From: an uncultured Gammaproteobacteria bacterium
GTDB taxonomy: Bacteria > Patescibacteriota > Microgenomatia > PFEM01 > DATLAM01
DNA length: 64,000 bases
Assembly (NCBI GenBank): GCA_964566925.1
Contig: CAZMIZ010000002.1
Coordinates: forward strand, 8,647 to 72,646
Direction of reading: 5' to 3'
The notes under the pieces are model-generated. The model was not told where the DNA came from. It did not search any database and saw nothing but the letters and a program-made list of their open reading frames with translations. Of this stretch, positions 48,495 to 58,576 are shown in pieces (position 1 is the stretch's first letter; every line of letters begins with the position of its first letter). The position numbers and the translations under genes are program-made.

Positions 48495-50249
48495 TCACAC
48501 CTGGCGCTTTTTATCAATATCCTCCACGATTCTTTTAAGGAAAAAAGCCAACGACATACTGCCTAAGACTTTTTCTCCTCTTGTTCGGACATTGACTTTT
48601 TTAGCCATAATTTCTTTGTCACCCACGATAAGCATATAAGGAATACGTTCAATTTCGGCATTACGAACTTTAGCGGAGGTGGTGTCGCTGCGATCATTAA
48701 GCTCAACCCTAATTCCGGCCTTAATGAGCGTCTCATAGATTTTCTGAGCATATTGGTTATGTTTATCAGTGATGGGAATGACCACTGCCTGGACTGGTGA
48801 AAGCCAGACGGGTAAGGCGCCATTGAAATGTTCCAATAGAAAGGCAATAAATCTTTCGTATGATCCTAAAATTGCCCGATGAAGCATGACCGGCGTTTTT
48901 TCTTTTCCGTTTTTATCGGTATAAGTTAAACCAAACCTTTTAGGCATAGCAAAATCAATTTGAACCGTCCCCAGTTGTTGATCATTACCGAGGGCGTCTT
49001 TAGACATATAGTCGATTTTTGGACCATAGAGGGCTGCTTCTCCTACCATTACCTTTCCTTTAAGATTGAGCTCTTTGGAGATTTCCTGGATCATTTTCTC
49101 TGCCCTCTTCCAATCGAGTTCTTCGCCAATATATTTTTCTGGAGTCTTAGGATCTCTGACAGACAGCGATATCCATTGATTGCCCCACAGACCCACTCCT
49201 TTATAGAATTTTTCGATAATCTTACAGGTGTTCATCGCTTCTTGTTTGATTTGATCAACTGTACAAAAGGTATGACCGTCATCGACAACAAAAGACCTGG
49301 TTCTTGCTAGCCCGCCAATTTCTCCTGGCTTTTCATCTCTAAACTGGGCAGTGGATTCAATATATCTTATTGGTAAATCTCGATAACTTCGTGGCCGAGA
49401 AGCGTATATCTGGGTATGATGAGGACAATTAACCGGTTTTAAAATAAACTCAATATCATAATGTGATTTTACTGTAAAGAGTTCGCCTTTAAACTTCTCC
49501 GCATGGCCAGAAATTTTATACAAATCAATTTTGGCCATATGGGGAATCCTTACCTCTCGCACGCCATATTTTTTGCTGATATCCAATAAGGCTCGGTAAA
49601 GCTCATTAATAATTATGGTCCCTTTCTCGGTATAGAGAGGCAGGCCTGGACCGACTAAATTAGAGAAGGTAAAAAGATCTAATTTTTTCCCTATTTTTCG
49701 ATGATCATTTCTTTTGGCTTCCTCTTGGCGGATTAAATATTTTTCTAAATCGGCCTTATTAGCAAAACAAGTACCATAGATCCGAGTTAACATCGGGTTT
49801 TTCTCACTCCCCCGCCAATAAGCGCCGGCAATTGATAAAAGCTTAAAATGGCCAATTTCTTGGGTGCTTTTTAGATGAGGACCTTCACAAAGATCAATGA
49901 AGTCGCCCAGCTTGTAGAAAATAACTTTTTTCTTGCCCTCTTTTTTAAGGCCGCGAATGAGCTCGATTTTATAGGTTTGACCGAGCTTCTTCATCACTTC
50001 TAAAGCTTCAGCGATTTTTACCTCTTTTTTTTGAAATGGAAGGTTCTTTTTAACCAATTGACGCATTTTCTCTTCAATTTTGGGAAGATCCTCTTCGGAG
50101 ATTTTGGCGGGAAAATCAAAATCATAATAAAATCCGTCCTCAATGGCTGGGCCAATGCCAAATAATACCTTAGGATAAAGGGCTTGAACCGCCGCCGCCA
50201 ATAGATGAGAACAGCTGTGGCGCATCTTTTCTAGATTAATTTTAGCCAT
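48495..50249 (-). CDS. thrS: Threonine--tRNA ligase
   Basis: RHSCSH, DLCEGPH, DHRKIG, KPVNCPHH, HRAILGSYERF. Confidence 0.97.
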   Translation of the reverse strand: MAKINLEKMRHSCSHLLAAAVQALYPKVLFGIGPAIEDGFYYDFDFPAKISEEDLPKIEEKMRQLVKKNLPFQKKEVKIAEALEVMKKLGQTYKIELIRGLKKEGKKKVIFYKLGDFIDLCEGPHLKSTQEIGHFKLLSIAGAYWRGSEKNPMLTRIYGTCFANKADLEKYLIRQEEAKRNDHRKIGKKLDLFTFSNLVGPGLPLYTEKGTIIINELYRALLDISKKYGVREVRIPHMAKIDLYKISGHAEKFKGELFTVKSHYDIEFILKPVNCPHHTQIYASRPRSYRDLPIRYIESTAQFRDEKPGEIGGLARTRSFVVDDGHTFCTVDQIKQEAMNTCKIIEKFYKGVGLWGNQWISLSVRDPKTPEKYIGEELDWKRAEKMIQEISKELNLKGKVMVGEAALYGPKIDYMSKDALGNDQQLGTVQIDFAMPKRFGLTYTDKNGKEKTPVMLHRAILGSYERFIAFLLEHFNGALPVWLSPVQAVVIPITDKHNQYAQKIYETLIKAGIRVELNDRSDTTSAKVRNAEIERIPYMLIVGDKEIMAKKVNVRTRGEKVLGSMSLAFFLKRIVEDIDKKRQV

Positions 50250-50250
50250 C

Positions 50251-50327
50251 TGGTGGGCTCGAGAGGATTTGAACCTCTGGCCTTTGCCATGTCAAGACAA
50301 CGCTCTAACCAACTGAGCTACGAGCCC
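50251..50327 (-). tRNA. tRNA-Val(GAC)
   Basis: GGGCTCG/CGAGCCC+ACCA, anticodon arm TTGTC-TTGACAT-GGCAA, TTCAAAT loop. Confidence 0.95.
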
Positions 50328-50374
50328 TGGCTGGATGACTATAATTTTACTAAATTGATAAGATTTAGGCAAGC

Positions 50375-51013
50375 TTAACCGGCCTGGGTGGCCATGTATC
50401 TTTCTTGGGAGAGCATGAACTTGGTGCCCGACTTTCCTACCTGAGCCCAATAGTGGGAGCGTTTTTTGGCCCGTTGATTGGCCAGAGAGAGCCAACTTCT
50501 TGATTCCTCAATTCTTTTCCTAAAGAGAGCAATAAATTGTCTAAGCCGTTCAAGAAAGGTGAGATGATAAACTCCAGGTTCCGCTGGAATCTGCATGGTG
50601 GCGACTTTTACTTCTTGGGCCAAGCCTTCGGTTGACTCGGCTAGCTTTTTTAACTCTTCCTGAATGGCTTTGATTTGGAGCTTTGTTTCCTGCTCTTTAC
50701 GAGTAAAAATCAACTTTTCTTGGCGGCGAAGATCAGCAAATTCTTGAGAAAATTGGAGCCGCTTTCGTTCTCTGGGTGTTTCTTGAGAGCGAATTTTGTT
50801 TAAGTCAATAGTCTCATTAGGAGTTAGTGTGCCCGAACCCTTTTTAGGTCGGCCAATGATCTGTCCAGCTGCACTTTCAGCCATGCTTTCGGCTAAATCA
50901 TGAGTGGCTGAATCGACCACTCCGCCACTTAGGTCACGAAGCGCCTCGAGGAAACTATCTGACCTAATCGGTTTAACCTTTCTCTTTTTCTTAGGGTCCA
51001 TTCTTTTATCCAC
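50375..51013 (-). CDS. Conserved hypothetical protein
   Basis: 212-aa ORF; PGVYH..F, SRSWL, GTKFMLSQER..ATQAG. Confidence 0.7.
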   Translation of the reverse strand: MDKRMDPKKKRKVKPIRSDSFLEALRDLSGGVVDSATHDLAESMAESAAGQIIGRPKKGSGTLTPNETIDLNKIRSQETPRERKRLQFSQEFADLRRQEKLIFTRKEQETKLQIKAIQEELKKLAESTEGLAQEVKVATMQIPAEPGVYHLTFLERLRQFIALFRKRIEESRSWLSLANQRAKKRSHYWAQVGKSGTKFMLSQERYMATQAG

Positions 51014-51061
51014 AAACCAATCCTCCTTTTTGGGCAGGAGGATAAGATTAGGCTTATAATA

Positions 51062-51937
51062 CTATAATTTCATTAAGTTGTCAATGACGGCTCTTTTACG
51101 TAAAATTTGCTTAATGTAAGCTCTTTGTGCTGGTGTGTCAGCTGATTGACGGGCTTTTTCTTCAGGAACGGCCTTGATCATCGCTTCGACTTCACTCTCT
51201 TTGACCTCAATTCCTTCTTTATCGGCAATAGCAGCCAGGATTAACTCAAGCTTGATTTGTTCTTCGCTTGTTTTTTGATATTCACCTCGGATTTGGTCGG
51301 TGGTTTTTCCTGAGGAAGCGAGGTATTGTTCAAGGGTCAAACCTAGGCGATTAGTTTGATCAAGAAGGCGGGAAAGCATTCGGTTAACCTCGTTTTCAAT
51401 CAGGAGTTTCGGGACTTTAACCTTAACGGTTTTCAAAAGAGCTTCAAGGGCTTTATTTATCCTTTGACTTTCCCCTTTCCCATTCTGGGTGGAACTTTTG
51501 GCGTCTTTCGCGTTCATCTCTTTTCCTGGCACCCAGATTTTTTCAGCTGCGAGGGCTTTCCTGATTATCTCTTTGTATTGACCTAGTTTTACTTTGGGAA
51601 GCTCGCAAGTAATCGCCTTAATTATCCAATCTTTAGCTTCCTCCATGGAAACGACTTGAATTTGAGGATTGATGATTGGTTGGAGTTGATGTTCTTGAAT
51701 CGCCTCAACGTAGACTTTGGTGACCAGCTCTTTTAAGACTTCTTCGTAAACTTTACTTTTATCAAGTTTTCCTTCCACCAGTTTTCTGGGCGCCTTACCC
51801 TTGCGGAAACCCTTAACGGCGATTGTTTTGGTCAGCTTTTGGACAGTCTCCTCATAGGCCTTTTTCACTCTCTTTTGAGGAATGGTGATCGTCAGCTCAA
51901 TCGTGCCATCAGATTGTTTGTTTAAAGCAGAAATCAT
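51062..51937 (-). CDS. tig: Trigger factor (no PPIase domain)
   Basis: GFRKGKAP ribosome-binding motif joined directly to the C-terminal domain. Confidence 0.9.
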   Translation of the reverse strand: MISALNKQSDGTIELTITIPQKRVKKAYEETVQKLTKTIAVKGFRKGKAPRKLVEGKLDKSKVYEEVLKELVTKVYVEAIQEHQLQPIINPQIQVVSMEEAKDWIIKAITCELPKVKLGQYKEIIRKALAAEKIWVPGKEMNAKDAKSSTQNGKGESQRINKALEALLKTVKVKVPKLLIENEVNRMLSRLLDQTNRLGLTLEQYLASSGKTTDQIRGEYQKTSEEQIKLELILAAIADKEGIEVKESEVEAMIKAVPEEKARQSADTPAQRAYIKQILRKRAVIDNLMKL

Positions 51938-52081
51938 TTAACGATGTCCTCCAAGACTTCTCGGACGCCCCACGACCTTAGGTTTGCTTCTAAAAAATTT
52001 TCTTCGGAACCGATCAGGCGTGCGATAGCCTAATTTCTTTTTTTGTTTTTTAAACGGTGGCGGTTCCTGGTCCTGGGTCAT
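51938..52081 (-). CDS. Small highly basic protein (47 aa), below the ORF-track cutoff
   Basis: ATG 9 nt after TGG-TATAAT; its TAA abuts the tig ATG. Confidence 0.6.
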   Translation of the reverse strand: MTQDQEPPPFKKQKKKLGYRTPDRFRRKFFRSKPKVVGRPRSLGGHR

Positions 52082-52091
52082 ACTTTCACGA

Positions 52092-53156
52092 TTATACCAA
52101 AGATGAGAGCCGTTTTAAAGCGTGGAGTTTTTCGTAGTGGCCCAATTTGGCCTTATTGACGCTCTCTTTGAGAAAGGCGATTGATTGGTTGTAGGTTTTT
52201 TGATCGACTGGATAAGGGATGCCATCTTTGCCTCCATGGGCGTAAGAATATCTGGCTGGGTCGCGGGTGGAGGCTGGAGAGCCATAGACCAGCTCGGCAA
52301 TCAATGATAAAGCGCGGATCGTTTTTGGTCCCACTCCTTTCATCCCCAAAAGAATTTCGAAATCTTCTGGTTGTCTTTCATAAGTGCTTAAAAAGATTTT
52401 TTTAAGATTTTTAGGATTGATGTCGCTGATTAAGAGCTGATGTCTTTCGGGGAGTTTGATTATTTGGAGTTTTTGGATAGTTTTGGCTATTTTTTCCGGC
52501 TTCAAACGAGAAACTCTAGTCGAGGTTTTTCGATTTTTCTTGCTTTGACTGGCAACTAAATTGAGAACCGATGAATGGTGATCGCAGGCAATCCCAGTAT
52601 GAGGTTCGTTGACAAAGTTAGCTACCTTATCCGACAGCCAGTGGTAGCGGCGAGCCCAGCGATTAGAGGGATTCATTCCCTGCTGGACGACAGCCCACTT
52701 ACCCGCTTTGGTGGTAAAAAAAGTATGATGGTAGAGCTGATAGCTGTCTTGGAGAGCATTGTTATCCACTTTAGCCGCCATTTTTGAGGCATAGATCAAA
52801 GGCTGGCTATCAAAAGAATATTTTTGGCTGGCCTTTTCAATTTCTGATGGAGTTTTTCGAGAAGCCCTACCTTTACCACCAAAAATAAAAAGACCTAAAT
52901 CTTTAATTGGTCGCAAGCCTTCTTTAATGGCCCCACAGGTAGTGGTCGTCAAGCCTGACGAATGCCAATCAAAACCCAGAACACAGCCAAAAGCTTGAAA
53001 CCAGTCGGGGTTGGTAATTTTTTTCAAATACTCGTCTTCTCCCTGTTCGGTGATGAGAATCAGGGAAATTTCTCGAGCCAGCTTAGTCATTTTTTCAAAA
53101 AGCCAACGAGGAGCAAAACCATAATGAAGAGGTAAATCAGCGGTGCCGGTTTTCAT
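52092..53156 (-). CDS. DUF763 family protein
   Basis: ADLPLH.G.AP.WL, DWHSSGLTT, AKVDN, QQGM, ARRYHW, AHGGKDG.PYPV. Confidence 0.85.
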   Translation of the reverse strand: MKTGTADLPLHYGFAPRWLFEKMTKLAREISLILITEQGEDEYLKKITNPDWFQAFGCVLGFDWHSSGLTTTTCGAIKEGLRPIKDLGLFIFGGKGRASRKTPSEIEKASQKYSFDSQPLIYASKMAAKVDNNALQDSYQLYHHTFFTTKAGKWAVVQQGMNPSNRWARRYHWLSDKVANFVNEPHTGIACDHHSSVLNLVASQSKKNRKTSTRVSRLKPEKIAKTIQKLQIIKLPERHQLLISDINPKNLKKIFLSTYERQPEDFEILLGMKGVGPKTIRALSLIAELVYGSPASTRDPARYSYAHGGKDGIPYPVDQKTYNQSIAFLKESVNKAKLGHYEKLHALKRLSSLV

Positions 53157-53227
53157 TTTTGGGTTTTATTTGGGTAACAAAAACAGTATAGAAAGAAAAA
53201 TAAGAGATGTCAAGCTGAAGATCAAGA

Positions 53228-53995
53228 CTAAAAAGGCAAATCGTCTTCGCTTAACCTTGATTGTTTTTGGACTTTATCTTTCATTGGACAGATTGGCAGA
53301 AAATCGCAGGTCGAACAATATTTATTGGGAGTAGCCGGAAACTTATTTTCTGATAAGATTTTCTTTGACTGCTCTTTGATTGAATTTAAAGTTTGATTGA
53401 GTTTCTTTTGGCTGGGTTGATAATCAATGATTTTGTTTTCGCCCAAAAAATAATAGGCAACCGAGGCAATCGGTAAACGGAATTTTCTTTCGAGGATAAT
53501 GGCGTAACAATAAAGTTGAAGAGGATCGACCTCTTTAGGCTTCAGTTTGCCGGTTTTATAGTCGATAATGTGAAGCTTGTTCTTCTTTTTATCAACTCGG
53601 TCAATTCGGCCTAAGATACTTAAGTCCTCGTCGACCTCAACCTCATGATAATCTTCAACTAGAAATGGCTGGGTAGTCAAATCTTCTCGCCGAATAAAGT
53701 TTTCTAATTGCAGAAGAGCTTTTTCGCCCCATTTTTTCTCGTCTTCCCGATCGCGAAAGCCCTTGCGGTTTCTGGCCCATTTGACTCGCAAAATTTGAGT
53801 GGCCGTTTCTAAATCTCTTTTCCCTGGAGGAATGGTAGCGAGGAAATCCTTTAAGGTGGCGTGGACATGATCCCCCATTGTGAAGTAGGGCCGATCCTGG
53901 TGATAAACGTCAGCGATTCGATCAATGTAAATATACTTGTATTGCTGGGGACAGAGCTGGAAAACGCTTAATTTATAGGGAGAGACTTTCAACAC
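53228..53995 (-). CDS. PD-(D/E)XK nuclease (RecB/AddB-C/Cas4-like)
   Basis: CP, GRIDRVD, IIDYKTG, QL..Y, C-x2-C-x5-C. Confidence 0.85.
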   Translation of the reverse strand: MLKVSPYKLSVFQLCPQQYKYIYIDRIADVYHQDRPYFTMGDHVHATLKDFLATIPPGKRDLETATQILRVKWARNRKGFRDREDEKKWGEKALLQLENFIRREDLTTQPFLVEDYHEVEVDEDLSILGRIDRVDKKKNKLHIIDYKTGKLKPKEVDPLQLYCYAIILERKFRLPIASVAYYFLGENKIIDYQPSQKKLNQTLNSIKEQSKKILSENKFPATPNKYCSTCDFLPICPMKDKVQKQSRLSEDDLPF

Positions 53996-54018
53996 GCTAT
54001 CAATATCTTACCATGGAG

Positions 54019-54420
54019 TTACTGGGAAAGCTCGTTTTCGATATCGGAAAGCTCTTTATCTAGCTCATCTAAATCGGTGTCATCCAGGTCAGTTTCGATC
54101 TCTTCGATTTCATCAGAGGTTCCTTGTTCTTGAAGGTCTAAGGTGGCTTGATCAACTTCTTCAGTTGGGGTGGGAGTTAACGTTGGGAGGGCCGAAGTTG
54201 AAGGAGATTGTTTTCTCAAAGAAAACACCAAGATTCCCAGGAGGACCAGACAGGCGATGGCAATGGCCACCCAAATAAACCAAAAGCGTTCCAGAAAACT
54301 CGGCTTGGAAATAGGTTCCGGCATTGGATAAGGGCCTTCTCCGGTTGGCGGTGGTGAAGGGGGCGAACTGCCTTCAGAAGGAGTTATTTCTGGTGATGTT
54401 GGTTGCACTTCTTCAGCCAT
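54019..54420 (-). CDS. Single-TM protein with Pro-rich N-terminus and acidic tail
   Basis: TM, PT linker, EIEEIETDLDDTDL. Confidence 0.7.
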   Translation of the reverse strand: MAEEVQPTSPEITPSEGSSPPSPPPTGEGPYPMPEPISKPSFLERFWFIWVAIAIACLVLLGILVFSLRKQSPSTSALPTLTPTPTEEVDQATLDLQEQGTSDEIEEIETDLDDTDLDELDKELSDIENELSQ

Positions 54421-55064
54421 TATTCTTCTCCTTCATTAACTCTTAAGCCGCGGATATCGCCGATAAGATCAACTAAACTTTGGTGAACGGCGATCAGGCT
54501 GGTTTTGATTTCTTTAATCAGGTCGCGAACCGTTTCAAAGGTTTCTTTTGGATCTTCACTGGAGAGAATGTCTTCCAGACTTGCTTGGGCGTCGGCAATA
54601 GCTACCTTGGCTGAGGCTAGCTCTTCCTTGGCTGTTTCCAGGCTCTCTCTAATGGAACTGGTATCAATTTCTTCATCAGCGGCTTCGATTTTAGCTAACC
54701 GGCTCTCAATCCGGGCAATCAATTTTTCTAGGCGGCTGATGGCCGCCTCAAATCTTTTAATCAACCGGCCGAAAAATGAGCGAATTCTTGCTTGTCTGTT
54801 TTCAGAAAGTCTTTGCCTAACAGTTTCTCTTTGTTCTTGTTGGAGCTCTAGTTGTTCCCCAATTTCTTGCCGCTTAAGCCTCAAAGTTTCTCTTATCTGC
54901 TCTAATTTCTCAAGCCGAAGAGTGGCTGCACTCGTAGCTTTGACTACCACCGGCTTATCTGATTCAGTAAAAGCCGGACTAGTTGCCTCTCGAGCCGAGA
55001 CGGGTGACAAGAGGAAGAGAAGAATAATCAGTGATAAAAGAAAGATAAAAGGCCGCTTTACCAT
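54420..55064 (-). CDS. Secreted coiled-coil protein
   Basis: Signal peptide (VSA), long helical body; TTGACA-18-TATTAT upstream. Confidence 0.7.
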   Translation of the reverse strand: MVKRPFIFLLSLIILLFLLSPVSAREATSPAFTESDKPVVVKATSAATLRLEKLEQIRETLRLKRQEIGEQLELQQEQRETVRQRLSENRQARIRSFFGRLIKRFEAAISRLEKLIARIESRLAKIEAADEEIDTSSIRESLETAKEELASAKVAIADAQASLEDILSSEDPKETFETVRDLIKEIKTSLIAVHQSLVDLIGDIRGLRVNEGEE

Positions 55065-55109
55065 ACCAATCATAATACCGATATCTTTTTTTGTTTGTCA
55101 AGCTTTAAC

Positions 55110-56081
55110 TCAGCGTCTAATCTCTTTTGCCAACCAAGCAATCGGTTTTCGCTGATGCTGCCAAAAAAGGTCAGTCCAAACATAATGGGCTGCTAATTTT
55201 TTCCATTTTCCCCAGCGGTTAATTCTTTTTAAAATTCGCTCTTTGGAAACAAGAGGCTTATTATAGAAAAGTCGTGAATATATTTTCTGCTCCCAAGGCG
55301 GCAGAGTTTCCAAAGCATCGTGACGGTGAAAAACCTCAAAAAGAAGGTAGTCAAGTGAGGCTGGGCCGATGCCAAAAAGTTGAATTAGTTTTTCTTTGAG
55401 CTTCTCATTGGCAAGACAACGCATCTTTTTCTCATCAAACTTGCTTTCAACAAAATCTTCAGAAATTCGTTTAAAGAACTTGGCTCGGTAACCCACTTTA
55501 AGATCGCGCAGTGCCTGTTCGCTCGCTTCATCCATCTCGGCTGGTTCCCAGAAAACATAAAGTTTTTGGCTATCAAATTTAATCAATTTCCCATAGTTAT
55601 TTAAGAGAGTGTCCATCATCTGGATAGTGCGCCGGACAGTGGCGTTTTGGAGAACAACGTAAATCATCAACGACTCGTAAAGGTCATAGCCGCACTTACT
55701 TCTCATTCCCAACCACTTTTTAATCACCGGGCCTAAAACCCTATCTTTTTTGAATTTCTGATTGAATTTTGATAAGTCAAGATCGAGTTCGAATCGGTAT
55801 TTAATCTCTTTAACTAAATCCTTTTTGAAATTCTGGTTTAAAAGTTTTTGGGAATAGACCGTTAATTTAACTTTCGGATTTTTAATTGTTCCTTGATTTT
55901 CCAGTCTAATCCCCAAAGGTTTCCCTTGGAACCTCATTGTTTGCCGCCATTTACCGGGTTGGTATTTTTCGGTTGGAGTGGGAAAGTGGGCCGGGTTGTA
56001 AACCGTGCCCTCAAAATTAAATGGAGATTTGGGAATAAGTTCTGTTCTCCACTGGTGGTTTAAAATAATGGTTTTTTTCAT
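55110..56081 (-). CDS. HhH-GPD DNA glycosylase family (Ogg/AlkA-like)
   Basis: LQNAT, LKVGYRAK, LFGIGPAS HhH. Confidence 0.75.
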   Translation of the reverse strand: MKKTIILNHQWRTELIPKSPFNFEGTVYNPAHFPTPTEKYQPGKWRQTMRFQGKPLGIRLENQGTIKNPKVKLTVYSQKLLNQNFKKDLVKEIKYRFELDLDLSKFNQKFKKDRVLGPVIKKWLGMRSKCGYDLYESLMIYVVLQNATVRRTIQMMDTLLNNYGKLIKFDSQKLYVFWEPAEMDEASEQALRDLKVGYRAKFFKRISEDFVESKFDEKKMRCLANEKLKEKLIQLFGIGPASLDYLLFEVFHRHDALETLPPWEQKIYSRLFYNKPLVSKERILKRINRWGKWKKLAAHYVWTDLFWQHQRKPIAWLAKEIRR

Positions 56082-56164
56082 GGCTTGGCTTCCAGTCCTA
56101 GTTGTAATTTTAGGTCGAGCTTGTTTACAATTCAAGTAAAGCTTTAATAAAAAGGACACCTTAA

Positions 56165-56824
56165 ATGGAAACAGACTGGTCTAAACAGTGGAAGGATTGG
56201 GAAAAAAATTATCGAAATATTTTCTGGAGGGCTTTGATCTGGGCGCCAGCTGCCTGGGCTTTAACCCGCGCTTGCAGAAAATTATTGGCCGGGGCTAGTT
56301 TGGAAAACTCTAAAATCCTGAGTTTGGGTTCGGGTACTGGGACGAGCTCCTTGATCATTGCCAAAATCTTAAAAGCCAGGAAAATGACTTTAGTGGACGT
56401 TGATCAACAGGGGTTAATGATTAGTAAAAAGCTGATTAAAGATTCAGGTTTAAAGATTAAAGTAGATTATTTGAAAGCAGACGTTCTCAATTTGGATTTG
56501 AATGAAAAATTTGACCTGGTTCATTCCGAGGGCTTGATTGAGCATTTTTACGGAAAGAATAGGATTAAAGCGCTTAAAAAACACGCTGATTTTTGTAAAA
56601 AAGACGGCTATCTCCTGATCTTCGTTCCCTTTAAAGGAATCCAGTACAGCCTTTTAAAATGGGCCTTAAACCTATTCAATCAATGGGTTTATGAGGAAAA
56701 ACCTTTTACCAAACAAGAAATACGAACCTTATGCCAAAAACTAAATCTGGAGATAATCAAAGAAGAGACTTTTCTCTGGATGCACGAGATTGGGATTTTG
56801 GTTAAGAAAAAGCAGAAAGATTGA
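56165..56824 (+). CDS. Class I SAM-dependent methyltransferase
   Basis: LGSGTG, VD, FDLVHSEGLIEHF. Confidence 0.85.
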   Translation: METDWSKQWKDWEKNYRNIFWRALIWAPAAWALTRACRKLLAGASLENSKILSLGSGTGTSSLIIAKILKARKMTLVDVDQQGLMISKKLIKDSGLKIKVDYLKADVLNLDLNEKFDLVHSEGLIEHFYGKNRIKALKKHADFCKKDGYLLIFVPFKGIQYSLLKWALNLFNQWVYEEKPFTKQEIRTLCQKLNLEIIKEETFLWMHEIGILVKKKQKD

Positions 56825-56832
56825 ACCTCTTT

Positions 56833-58026
56833 TTATTGAACTTTTCTTTCTTCTCTGATAAGGCTGAAGGCACACGGAAAGACGAAAAGTAAAGTTAGAA
56901 TACCAAGAAGAGTGAAAATGAGCTTGGTGTCGTAGAGATCTTGAATTCTGCCACTGATGGCAACTACGAAAATAAAGAAGGCGCTGACGAGCATGTTAAG
57001 AGAAGAAACAGCTGTCGCTCGGTATTTTGATAAAAATTCAAGATTGGTATATTTATCCAAGATGGCAAAGCGAGAGCTGCCGGCTGTAGTAATTCCCAGT
57101 AACAAGAGGGGGGCGAGTATCTTTGGGATAATAATACCAGGTAGGAGGGCAAGAGACATGATGATTGGAAAACCAAAATAAACCCTTTTCCGGGATAGAA
57201 ATACTTCCTCTTTTTCCATAAGAAACAAAATTAGGAGCGAGCTGATTAAATAAACTGAGCCAAATAGCCAACTCATTTCAATTTCTGAAAAACCAAAATC
57301 TTTGGCAAAAGGCTGACCATAATAGTAAAGACACGACCAGGTTATGCCCCCGACCAAGGTATAAAAAAGGGTTAGTCTTTTTAGATAGCTATTTTTAAAA
57401 AGTTCCCTGAAACCGATTTTGTTTTGCTCAATATAGGATTTGAAGGTAAACTTTTCCGTGTCAATTCTGGGTTCAACCATGAGATAAATAAAAATGATTG
57501 CTAGGATTTCTGTTAGCCCAGTAAAAGCATAGGGAAGGCCAATACCGATTTGATAAAAATAGCCGCCAAGAAAGGTGGCAACAGTTAACCCTGCCCGGTA
57601 GATAAATCCTGCCCTGGCCATATATTTTGAGAAGTAGTTTTCTTTCCCCAGTTCTTTTAAAGTATCAAAAATGATGGCGACATCCGCCCCGGAAATAAAA
57701 GCGGCGCCAATGCCCACAATCCCGTAACCAGTAAAAAACATTAAGGCTGAATTGCCGAAAGATAAATAGATATATCCTAAGCCACTTAGGAGCCATCCCA
57801 AGATGATTGTTTTCTTTCTTCCAATTAAATCGGCCAAAGCGCCGGTTGGTAACTCGAGAAAGGTGGTGACAGCGAAAGAGAAGGAGTATAAAAGGGCCAT
57901 TTGGGTAAAATCCATTACTCTTCTTTCAAATGCTACCCAGACGGGGATAATAAAGATTAAGGCAGTGAAAAAACAAGTAATATAAGCTAAATTAATATTC
58001 CTTTTTAATCTATTTTTATAATCCAT
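56833..58026 (-). CDS. MFS transporter
   Basis: ELPTGALADLIGRK, SGAD.A, RATAVS. Confidence 0.9.
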   Translation of the reverse strand: MDYKNRLKRNINLAYITCFFTALIFIIPVWVAFERRVMDFTQMALLYSFSFAVTTFLELPTGALADLIGRKKTIILGWLLSGLGYIYLSFGNSALMFFTGYGIVGIGAAFISGADVAIIFDTLKELGKENYFSKYMARAGFIYRAGLTVATFLGGYFYQIGIGLPYAFTGLTEILAIIFIYLMVEPRIDTEKFTFKSYIEQNKIGFRELFKNSYLKRLTLFYTLVGGITWSCLYYYGQPFAKDFGFSEIEMSWLFGSVYLISSLLILFLMEKEEVFLSRKRVYFGFPIIMSLALLPGIIIPKILAPLLLLGITTAGSSRFAILDKYTNLEFLSKYRATAVSSLNMLVSAFFIFVVAISGRIQDLYDTKLIFTLLGILTLLFVFPCAFSLIREERKVQ

Positions 58027-58032
58027 ACCTTT

Positions 58033-58575
58033 TTATCTTTTTCTTAGAAAAATTTGTCTTTCTAAGAGATCGAATGCTTGAAGGTGGGCAGGATCAGTGA
58101 CCAGCTTTCTTGCTTGAGCGATGGTTACCCACTTTGATTGATTAAATTCTTCTGAATCAGTCTGAAAATTACGGCCATCAGTGGGGAGTAAATACCAAAG
58201 ATCAAAATGGGTCCGACAGATTTGAGGGAGGTTATTAATCTTGGTAATCGTCAACAGAAAAGGATTGCCAATTTGTTTTTTAGTTAACTCAATTCCCAGT
58301 TCTTCTTTGATTTCTCTAACCACAGTTTTAAGAGGAGATTCGCCTTTTTCAATATGCCCTCCAGTTATAAGCCAACGGCCGGCCTTTTTGTGATAGATAA
58401 TAAATATTTTTTGAGATATGGGGTTGTAAGGCAGAAAATAAACACAAAAATGGTTTTCTTTATTTTCGCTTCTAAGCAAGTTGCCCTCATTAATTCTTTG
58501 GAGAAAGCGACGATAAACTTTTTTATCGCAAAGCGAGGGATCAAGAATTTTTCTTAATTGGTTAGCAAGGTTCAT
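58033..58575 (-). CDS. NUDIX hydrolase
   Basis: GGHIEKGESPLKTVVREIKEELG. Confidence 0.9.
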   Translation of the reverse strand: MNLANQLRKILDPSLCDKKVYRRFLQRINEGNLLRSENKENHFCVYFLPYNPISQKIFIIYHKKAGRWLITGGHIEKGESPLKTVVREIKEELGIELTKKQIGNPFLLTITKINNLPQICRTHFDLWYLLPTDGRNFQTDSEEFNQSKWVTIAQARKLVTDPAHLQAFDLLERQIFLRKR

Positions 58576-58576
58576 G

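Noticed and set aside
53228-53995. Cas4 of a CRISPR system
   Set aside because: No cas1/cas2 or repeat-spacer array in the window.
54505-55155. 216-aa plus-strand ORF
   Set aside because: Antisense shadow of the coiled-coil gene; the same applies to the many short antisense or alternate-frame ORFs in the track.
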